Shown here in pieces: positions 1 to 9,299 of a DNA stretch of 42,437 nucleotides. Below the pieces are notes generated by a model. It did no database searches and was not told where the DNA came from. It worked only from the letters and a program-made list of their open reading frames with translations. This stretch comes from Macrostomum lignano. Lineage: Eukaryota. The stretch is from positions 364,661 to 407,097 of the forward strand of contig NIVC01000512.1 of assembly GCA_002269645.1 (NCBI GenBank), written 5' to 3'. Each line of letters opens with the position of its first letter. The first letter of the stretch is position 1. The translations under genes were made by a program, and so were the position numbers.

Positions 1-8
1 AACTAACT

Positions 9-51
<43 letters not shown>

Positions 52-55
52 AACT

Positions 56-88
<33 letters not shown>

Positions 89-130
89 ACTAACTAACTG
101 ACTGACTAACTGACTTACTAACTAACTAAG
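1..130. repeat. (AACT)n microsatellite
   Basis: Direct reading: near-continuous aact/ctaa units with a few actg variants; runs off the window start. Confidence 0.95.
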
Positions 131-643
131 CTGTAATATGCAAACTCCGTTTCTCTTGATCAATATGCCTGGAATTCACCGCTGGTAATTTAGGAGCAGA
201 ATCCTATTTTTGCTGAGGATTGAGCAGCCACGATAAGCACACCCTAATAAATTGCTATTTATAGACACGTCTCTGAGCTCTGAGGTTGCCTGACCTTCTA
301 CATTTCCTCGGGTGGACAAGCGAAGAGATGGGTGAAACGTGTTGATTTGGAAATTCTTGCCACGAGCTGAGAAGGCAGTGGGAATCGGTGAGGCAGCAGG
401 CCTCAGATCAAAGGCGGTTCGGCACGTTTCAGGAAATAATCTTTTTTTCAATAAAAAACAACCGCCCCGATAAAACAGCTCAGACCAGTTTTAAATGGAC
501 GTAAATCATTTTTGTTTTACCTTCGACCATGCAATAAATTCGCTCTCCATTTGGATTTTGTGTTTTCTCTTAGAATTTCCGTAAATTATTTATACAATCG
601 CCAATTATTAGCTACTTCAGGACGCAAATAAACACCTGCTGCT

Positions 644-723
644 TTAAGCTTCAAGATCAGCAAAATGGCTGTTGTTTTGCTCAAAATAGGCTGAATTTCC
701 GGATCCGAGTGCAGAAACTGCAG
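644..723 (-). CDS. Probable terminal exon of the IRS-like gene
   Basis: Phase-1 acceptor aaaacag|CT gives [26 protein letters not shown] then TAA at 646-644. An alternative phase-1 exon exists at 1040-835. Confidence 0.45.
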
Positions 724-3700
724 CTGTTTTGCTCGGGTCGTGATTATTTTTTTCGAGCGATTTCCCGTCACAAAAAACACCGAATCTAAAGGTGCCGAAA
801 GACGAATTCCGCGTTATTCATCTTTTTTAGTTAATTACAGAGGGCGCCAGCTGGGTAGAGAAATGACCAAAAAAGACTCTGTTGACAAAAATTCGAATTC
901 TAGTTCCCCTGCTCTTAATGCAAAGTCACTAGGAGCACAGAAGAGATTCAGCAAATAGCAACAGTCAACACGATTAGCAGAATAACTGTGGTGGAGCACT
1001 TCGCACGATAATATACTCGGTACTCGTACATATTTGCATTCTATTTGGACCAAGTGAATTTAGAATTTTGTGTTTAATTTAGTCACCTTACTAGCAATCC
1101 AGCCCGTTTGGGGAGCGCAAAAATGAAAATGAAAATATGACTGAAAATATTATAGAATGTACCCACGCTTCCAGTAAGCCATGACATCTTAGCTATTCCC
1201 CCCGCAAGTCTTGACATCTCAGCAATTCCTCCAGCTGTAAGCCTTGACATCCCATGCCCAGCAATTCCCACTTTAAGCCTTGACGTCTCAGCAGTTCTCA
1301 GACTAAGCCTTAACATGTTAGCGATTCCCCCCCGTAAGCCTTGACATCTTAGCAATTCCCCCAATGAGCCTTGCCATCTCAGCAATTCCCCCCCCCAGAT
1401 CGTTGACACCTCAGCAATTCCCCCAGTAAGTCTTGACATCTCAGCAATTCCCCGAGCAAGCAACCCCAGATAGCTAGCATCCCCGATGCCCCCCCCTGAT
1501 AGCACCCCCAGCAAGCTAGTGCAACGATTTCCTCAGCTAGTGCAATAATTCCTTTCTTATCGAGTGCATGTGACTAGACATTTCAGAAATTTCCCGAACC
1601 TTGACATCTCACAAATTCTCTCTAAGAGTCACGACGCTGTTTCACGTGACGCTTCTTTGTTTTACATTACGTTAATTTTTTTACAAAAGGGCTAGGGCTT
1701 CTTTTATTTTTTACATGAAACTTCTTTTACTTCGGGTGTGTCAAAAGTTATGTCACTGATGTGAAAACAGACGAACTTGCAATCGCAGATAAACAAAACT
1801 GTACCACTCAACAATATAGAGTCCCCCAATATCAATCACTCTCTGGCAGTGCTCATACAGCTTGTCCACCTCAGCCTGCAGGTGTTTTTAATCCAACAGC
1901 CATAACCAGTGCAACGCGGCCTGTTTGACCTCTTCATGATTTGCGAAACTCTTCTTGGAAAGGTCAGCCTTTAGCCATTTGAACAGAAATCTGTCGCACA
2001 AGTTGAGGTCCGGGCTGTAGGGACTCTGTCAGAGCAGATTCACTCGCCGTGCAGGTAGAAAATCCGAAACAGGCTTACAGGTGTGCGACCGTGCGGTGTC
2101 CACCTGCCACAGAACCTCGTCCAGGAGACATGGATTTGACCGAAGAGTGCGCCAAAGGACCCCAGTGGGCCGGGCAAAAGCGGATAAAAACTACTGACAA
2201 TCGAACTTGACGTTTGACCCTCGATGAGACATCTTTGTTTGGCGTAAAGGCCACCAGCAGCATGGTCTTCTTGTCCGAGACGGACCTCGTGGTCACGGTT
2301 GGCAGCAGACCCCAGCTCCCAGCCAGCAGCGGTTGTCTGCCTTGCTGCCCTTGCCATCCAGGTGGAGCCAGCTTTCATCCTCAGCAACCAGGCAGTTTAG
2401 GATGTCATTCAAGCCCCGGCTGCTGAACACCTTGCAGATCTGCTAGGTGCAGGCGTCTTGTCGAGATTCATGGTTATTTTTTTTCGCTGCATAGACGAGT
2501 TTTCATCGCGTTGCACTTGCTAAATCTGCTTGGCGTATTCTTGCGATAGCTTGGGCCATAAACAACCTATGCACGTCTCAAATGCACTGCTATTGCTTCA
2601 CTAAGTATTCTTTGCAGCTACACTACCCACAAGTCCATGTGCCTACATATTTTAGACAGAGGCCTGCAGTGACATCACTTATGACACACCCGAAGTAGTC
2701 TAACATACGCTTCTTTATGTATTACATGACGCATGACGACTGATATATATAGTCACGGGATTCTGGCTTCCACTAATTCGACTGCCTAAATTGAACACAC
2801 AAGTAAACTGTTATTTATAGTCACGTGATTCTAGCTTCCACTAATTCGACTGCCTAAATTGAACACAAATAAATTGATATCGATGTTGACTATGAGTTCC
2901 ACTAATACGACTGTCTACAATGAACACACAAGTAAACTTTTATATTTAGTCACGCGATTCTGGCTTTATGCGACTACCTAAATTGAAAACACAAATAAAC
3001 TGCTATCTATGGTCACGTGATTCTGGCTTCCACTAATGCGACTGCCTAAATTTAACACAAGTAAACTGCTATCTATAGTCGCGTGATTCTAGCTTCCACT
3101 AATGCGACTGCCTAAATTGAACACACAAATAAATTGATATAGATGTTGATTCTGACTTCCACTAATACGACTGCCTAAATTTAACACAAAAGTAAACTGC
3201 TATCTATGGTCACATGATTCTGACTTGCACTAAATTTAAGACACAAGTAAACTGCTATTTTTGGTCACATGATTCTGACTTGCACTAAATTTAACAAAAA
3301 GTGTTGAATTTGCTAGCATCTATATTCAGGTGATTCTAACTATAAGCACGACTAGAATGAATGCAATATAGGTATAGTATGCTGTGTAGGGTATTAACGT
3401 TCGAATTATTTGGTAGAAAACAAAATTTGTGGTAAAAAAATGCTTACCAACCGCGGACGCCCGATCGCTGGTGGTGCAATCTGCCAAAGAGGCGGCGCCG
3501 CACACCGACACGGACGATGCGGAGCTCGGCGATTGGCTGGCCGCATCGCGCAGCAGGCCGCTCCCGACGGTTCCACTGAGGTCCAGATAGTCTCCCTCGC
3601 CCTCGCCGCCCTCATTCGGCATCAGAGACAGCGGCTGGCTTGACGAGCGCAGGCCGCAGTGCAGGGTGCCAGCTCCGACTGCGCCGCTCCACTGCGACGA

Positions 3701-6480
3701 GCTCAGCGGCTGCTGGCTTGCGCTGCGGGCGGAGAGGTGGGAGCATTGCTCAAGTGGAAGAGAGTGCTGCACAAGTGGACTATTGGCTTTAAAGCCAACA
3801 TGTTTCTTGCCAAGGACCGCTAATCAACTACATGTATCAATAGATGGACTAATTTCTCAGCTTCTGCCCTTCTAATAAACAGACCTGTATTGAGACAGTA
3901 TGGTTCGACTTCAAATGGATTTACACTTTTGTCAACTGAAATTTCAATAGCAAGAAATGCATTGGAGAAATGTATTGCTTTGAGCTGGCTCACTTGCCAG
4001 TCTGCAGTAGTACTTTTCTCAGTAGTATCGATTAACCTTATGTAACTCATTCAATACGTTTGATTCAGTTTGATTGATCTGATGCTCTTGATATTGTGCA
4101 AATATTGATTAAAAAAGACAAAATCAATCCGGAAAATGAATGATGTGTTATTCTGCAACAGTTTCCACGAAACGATACAAATAGGTACATTATATCCAGC
4201 ATAGCCCCGGCACACCCGACGCCTCACCTGTTGCACCTGTTGGCATTGAACAGGGCGGCGCTGCTTCGCCGTACGAGCTGGCTGGCCCGGTGCTGAATCT
4301 CCTGCCTCAGCCCGTTCAGCACGTCCTTGGAGCGCGGCCGGCTGTTCAAGCCAGCAGTCCGGGCCTTCATGGGCTCCTCCGACCGTGCAGCGGGCGACAG
4401 GGCCGCCGCCTGATGCAGCCGATGACTGCTTGCCTCGTTCAGGCAGCGCATCAAAGCCTCAACAATTTCCTTCATCATGGAGAGCTGCTCGGCCTGCAGA
4501 GGACATGCTTTTGTTTGAATAACATCTCAATCCAACGGCGAGGCCCAATGCTTAAGGTATTATAAATATTTGCGGCAACAAATCTAGGCAAGAAGCCATC
4601 CATTGACCCCTCAGCAAAGCTTGTTATTTTCAGCCGCCTGAGAGGATTTGGGGCAAGCCTACTGATATGCATTTACAGTCTGCGTAATGCTTGTTTTTTA
4701 AGCTGAAGGTCTTCCGTTGTGTGTTTTTCTTGCTCAAACAAAGGTTAACAGGTCATATTGGAATGCTCGTCGAAATAATATATCCGAGTTGTTGCAAGTC
4801 TTGGAAAACAGTAAAATAAAATAAACAAGTCAACAAGTCAAGGCGATAAGTGCAGACCGCGGAGAATTCCTCGCTATGAAAATCATTGACAGCTGAAGTA
4901 GAAGGACTCGCAAAATGCACCAGTAAGAAGTGTTCACTTTTTCAGCACTAGAAAATTCATACAAGCGTAATATCTCAGTTTCTGGACTTCCGTGTTTTGT
5001 TTTGTCCGACGTTGAATCACAAATTTGTCGAAAAATATTTAAAAAACGTTTTGTAGAGTGGCCAAGGCCGGCTTGACCGGATATTTTATTGATAGCCTGC
5101 CCGTGCCCTCCCCCCAACCGCTGTTGTGACCACTCGGATCAACCAGTGGGTGGCATCTAAGCACAGTGAAAGGTGGGCTAACCCCCCTTCTTGACTGCCG
5201 GCAATCCCGCACGACTGTCCCCTGTCCTTCCCCCGCCCTCCGCAGGACCCTGCTTGGACTCAACCGCAGGGACATCAGGGCGGTGACCATGGGGCCATGG
5301 CGTTTTGCCAGGCATCGTTGCCTCCAGGGAAAATGCGTAGTGATCGAGGAACGCCCTTTCTGCCTCTAAGGTGTTGAGAATGCTGAGCACTTCATCTGTG
5401 AATGCCCCGCCCTTACTCAGGACAGGCTCGAGGTTTTCAGGCTCGAGAATATCCGCCAGCTCGTCCGCTACCTAAGGGCTACCGGGCGAGCGACCATCCA
5501 CCTCCTGGACCCTCCAGAGGGGGACCGCGCAGCGGACACCGCCCCACCGGCATCACTGGATCACCGTGTGCGACACCGCGCAGCACCAGCTACCCGTGGT
5601 CACCAGGGGTTGGCGGAAAGGGAGTCAACGCCTGCCGGAATATGCCCGGAGCCCCCTGCAGCTGAGTCAAGTCAAGAGTAGAAACGCTCCACGTACAGCT
5701 AGCAGTACCTTGCCTCAGCGTTGGTCAGTCTTTGTATGGATGGCGATTTGACCATTGAAAATGTAGCAATAAAAGTGATAATGTTTATCTTGATAAACCT
5801 ATAAACCAACCTTGGACACAACAGAGTTATCTTAATCCAGAAGCAGCCTCACCTCAAAGTGTAGCACTCCCTCTCCGATGGGGCTAAGCCTGCCCAGGTG
5901 GATCTGAAAGAAGCTGGCGCTGATGGAATGCACGCACGACCGGATGCAGCGGTAGGGCAGCGTCAGGGTTGGGTTTAGCAGGCAGTCGCGGACCAGCAAC
6001 ACGGTAGAGTCCGTCAGGCATAGCCTATAGGAACCGGCCAGGTCCGGCCGTCCGAGGTGACGACCATTCGACGCTGGGGCTGCCAAACCTTTGGGCTTCA
6101 GCAGGACACTGAAACAGTGCGTCAGCTCGGGCCAACGGCAGTTCCGCTTTAGACTGTGAATCTTGCTCAAGTGAAAGTACCACCTAGAGTGAATGGGAGG
6201 GGAGAAACAGCCTTTGCTTTATACAATATATGTTCATCAGATCTTATAAGAAGTTTGGAAAACAAGAATCAAACCTATTGAGCTCGTCCTCAGTCTCGAA
6301 TCGTAGGAACAGGGCGTCTTCTTGGAAACAGATTCCCAGCACCGTTCGATTGTCTTTCTTTGTGCATCGCGTCAGCAGAATAATGCCGGACATGTTGTAT
6401 ACCCTGCGTGGCTGCCGCTTTTGATAGTGCTTTCGTTTTTGAACGCGTCAAGAAGTAGTCCTTTGTCAATTATGCCGCCG
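644..6480 (-). CDS. IRS: Insulin receptor substrate (IRS/chico)-like adaptor, PH + PTB domains, spliced; 5' end unresolved
   Basis: Exons 6480-6275, 6183-5853, 4493-4228, 3779-3448, 723-644 join with GT-AG sites and matching phases (2,0,2,1). The product has a PH end (FKNE[K][11 protein letters not shown]...[14 protein letters not shown]) and PTB motifs ([39 protein letters not shown], then RPRSK). These parallel IRS1 VILKPKGL/GIYRLCLTS/IRRCGHS/FFFIEVGRSAVTGPG/RPRSK. A 1-nt insertion is needed at about 6432. The last exon and the N-terminus are less certain. Confidence 0.82.
1171..1452. repeat. Degenerate ~33-bp minisatellite
   Basis: About 9 copies of gtaagccttgacatctcagcaattccccc-like units; a stray copy near 1595-1620. 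Confidence 0.85.
1730..2695 (-). mobile_element. Internally deleted mariner (DD34D) DNA transposon
   Basis: 29-bp TIRs at 1730-1758 and 2667-2695 (2 mismatches), each flanked by TA. Minus-strand remnant reads LVAEDESW...KKTMLLVAF...WQVDTARSH...[14 protein letters not shown]...[11 protein letters not shown], with 34 residues between the second and third Asp. It carries stops and frameshifts, and most of the N-terminal DNA-binding region is missing (966 bp total). Confidence 0.92.
2745..3297. repeat. ~60-65-bp minisatellite, 9 units of two subtypes
   Basis: Units of type gtaaactgctatctatagtcacgtgattctggcttccactaatgcgactgcctaaattgaacacaa; a variant subtype at about 2870 and 3129. Confidence 0.9.
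3448..3779 (-). CDS. IRS-like exon, Ser-rich tail containing DYLDL
   Basis: Acceptor ccaatag|T (phase 2), donor G|GTAAGC (phase 1); 332 nt, open frame (ORF 3326-3772). Confidence 0.78.
4228..4493 (-). CDS. IRS-like exon, PTB C-terminal helix and RPRSK motif
   Basis: Acceptor tcctctgcag|GCC, donor AG|GTGAGG; 266 nt; [20 protein letters not shown]...NSRPRSKD. Confidence 0.85.
5098..5676 (+). mobile_element. 5'-truncated non-LTR retrotransposon 3' end (I-group, Loa/Lian-like)
   Basis: Degenerate translation [14 protein letters not shown]...DCRQSR...[22 protein letters not shown]...[19 protein letters not shown] matches the post-RNase H region and CCHC finger of these LINEs; short agtca repeats at the tail. 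Confidence 0.75.
5853..6183 (-). CDS. IRS-like exon, end of PH helix plus PTB domain
   Basis: Acceptor cattcactctag|G, donor GAG|GTGAGG; 331 nt; covers ORF 5832-6170; IRS-type PTB motifs. Confidence 0.88.
6275..6480 (-). CDS. IRS-like exon, PH domain C-terminal half (1-nt frameshift at about 6432)
   Basis: Candidate acceptor ctaaatcacatagctctcag at 6481; donor AG|GTTTGA at 6274. Reads [16 protein letters not shown], then after the shift [51 protein letters not shown]. Confidence 0.7.
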
Positions 6481-7892
6481 CTGAGAGCTATGTGATTTAG
6501 GCTCCGCCAGAGGGGGAGTTGCCGTGCGGAAAAATCTGCGTGCAAAGGCCCGGGACGCTCACCTATATGCTTCGGTTGCATCTATCGAGGCAAGAAGGGA
6601 GGGGTTAGGAAAAAAGGAACGGGAACACGCCCCGTGCGAGATTCCCTTTTTTCGCTTGCGGGCCAATCCCGCAGCATGTAAACAATTCTCAAATGAAACC
6701 TCCCCAGCTGTCCATTGCCCTTCCAGCTACTCGTAGGAGTCGTAGCTCTATCCCCCCCCCCCTGTTTGCTTTCCCGATCGCTCTCTCTTCCCCTCATTTT
6801 GTCCCGGGCAGAAAATTTCAAATAACAGTTTCTGTGGATATTTAGGCCAGTGAAGCGTCCTTGTACTGAACTCATGCACGGAAGAATACAAAAAATACAA
6901 GTGGGAATTAGCAGCTATTCTATCGTACCTGCCAGTTATTTGTTGTGACTTGTCGAAAACTTTTAATAACTCAACTATATTTGTGACATCGTGATATTCA
7001 AAGATCTGAACCTTCAATGAATTTACAGCGAAAAAAGTTCACGATGAAACTTTGGAAACCTGCAAGTGATGCATCTGTATTTCATCATTATAAAATGAAA
7101 AATGCTTGCTTTTGACTTTGCCAATTCCTAGGGCAGGAACACGCTGCTGTCTGTTTTACAGAAACATGATTCCGTATCTCATTTTGTACTTCTGTGCGAG
7201 TAAGAAGGCAGTAAATGTGTACTGTGACCTACTTAAATCGATGAACTATGTAACGAATTGGCACCGGCTTTGGTAATTGCTGGGTAGTACGCAACTGCAG
7301 GCACTCTCGTTCCATTTATTTTTAATTTGTTCTTGCTTTGTTTTTAGTCATCCTATAGATTTCAGTGGGCAAATATGAATTGCTTTCAAAGCTGAACTGA
7401 ATGGGGTCTTCGATTGTAACAGCATAATATTTTTAGCGCGACAAGGTCAGGTTCAAGCCCAACGCTGTGCCGCTTGTTGTCAGCGCTCCCATCTGCCCTT
7501 TCCGCTCTCTCATTTTCCCATTCTGACGCTTGAGAAAATCAAAATCAAAGCGCTGTCTATTTATAGGACAAATTTATCCTTTCTTCGCCCCCGTCGACAT
7601 TTCCGCACGCTCCCATCCTCTTCTTGTCCGCTCCTGTTTGCCTAGCAACCCTGCCCGACTGTCTCTTCCCGCTTTTAATGAAGGCTCATTTGCCTTTCTC
7701 TGCGTTTCACTTCCTTCCCATTGCTGGTGCTGTCTGCAATTTCAAGGCGGCAGGAAGGTGGGCGGCAGTAGGCCTTTCCGCTTCCTTGTTTTGTCTGTCT
7801 GATATTTGCAACTGGATTTTGTGCCTGTGAAGATAGTTATTAAGTCATACTCAATCACTGGTGGACACAGGAGGCGTGGATTTGGCTATGGC

Positions 7893-8185
7893 TAAAACCC
7901 ACCTCAGCGTGGGCGTTTCACAAGCACAAAGTTTTCACAAGCTCGAAACTTCACAAGCTCGAAACTTCACAAGCTTGAAACTTCACAAACTACTCTTTCT
8001 TAGTGCGAGTTATTTCTGCTGGAATCTCTCGCTCCGAAAATTTCATTTTTGAACTTTTTATGGCTAATCGCTTTATAAGTTTTTTTTTTGTTTTTCTAGC
8101 TTATAAATGTAACTGACTTTTCGACGATAAGAAGCTTAAAGTTTGTGAGGTTAAAGCTTGTGAAGTTTCAACCTGATGGGGTTTA
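7893..8185. mobile_element. Putative MITE with 16-bp subterminal repeats
   Basis: Left arm taaaacccacctcag plus tandem gaaacttcacaagctc; right arm aagcttgtgaagtttcaa plus ctgatggggttta is the reverse complement. No clear TSD. Confidence 0.5.
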
Positions 8186-9299
8186 TCAGTAGAACTACCA
8201 ATAGAGGGAATTCCTGAGAATATGTTTTCAGCTGAGAATGAACATGGAGTTGAGGCTTGCCCACTGTCGAGGCTTGATCAGTGAAATTCGAAAAATTTGC
8301 ATCAGAGTGTCCATATTCACCTGGAGCCCCCTGTTGAATGTCCAGAAGCTCCGTCTGGGTGAAGGCCAGTGACCAATGAAGTCAGCTGATGCAGGCACCT
8401 GTGGTCAACGCGCAGATGAACTTTGGAGGCTTGGCAAGGCTGCACTGAGGCACAGTGCTGATTGGCGCACAGGGATGTACTAAATACACTGGCGCTTATG
8501 GAAAAAAATCGGACTTTCTGGCAGAATCCTCGAATATCTCGACGGTCCGGAGGGTTGGCGACTTGATTCTTGCTTGAGAAGGTTAGCTCAAAAAGTCAGC
8601 CCGTGTTCTTGAATTTCCTGTGCCTGCGTTCCGGAGCATTGTTGGGGGAAGGGGGGATTCCCCCCTTGGTAGTTTGACGGGCGGAAAAATGGCTTGGTAT
8701 TCCTACTGTAATTAGAGTGCAGCTTCTATGGAACACGTGTGGATAGTCATATATTTTTATAATGCGTACTCGATGTCCTTCTCTTGCTTGACTTCACAGT
8801 TACCAAACCAATTACCGAAGTATTGGTAAACACCAAGCAGTACATGTAGTATCGCTTGACTTGAGGTTAAGCGACTGGTTTGGGACTCCGGAAGAGAGAC
8901 AGTCAGCATGAGTGCCCTGCAGAGCTGGCAGACAGTTCTTGTGGTATGAAATAACATAATCCGATCAAACCGGACTCTCCCACCCCTAATCTAAGGAGAG
9001 AGAAGAATCGGGAAGGTGGGAGGAAATCAGGAACTGGTTAAGTCTTCTTACGAGCGTACTATGCAAAAAAGCAGACAGTTTCTGCTGAGGTGAATTTTCT
9101 ACTCTCGGAAACGAGCCACAACGAATATGCAGGCATGCTGATAAAGTAAGTGCGATTAACTTGTTTATTCGTCTAAGAATAGTTCTACGGATAGCTTTTT
9201 ACAACTTCATAATAACTGTGAAGCCCTACTGACAGTAGCAATGCCTGATAACGAAGTCTTCTAGAAAAATGCTACTTATTTTTTGTAGCGCACAGTCAC

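Noticed and set aside
1083-1514. 143-aa repetitive ORF
   Set aside because: Translation of the 33-bp minisatellite; no splice support.
2200-2420. IRS-like exon
   Set aside because: Lies between mariner TIRs and encodes transposase motifs with stops.
7440-7480. THAP-domain motif (RFKPNAVP)
   Set aside because: Isolated motif; the upstream C2CH ligands and an open frame are absent.
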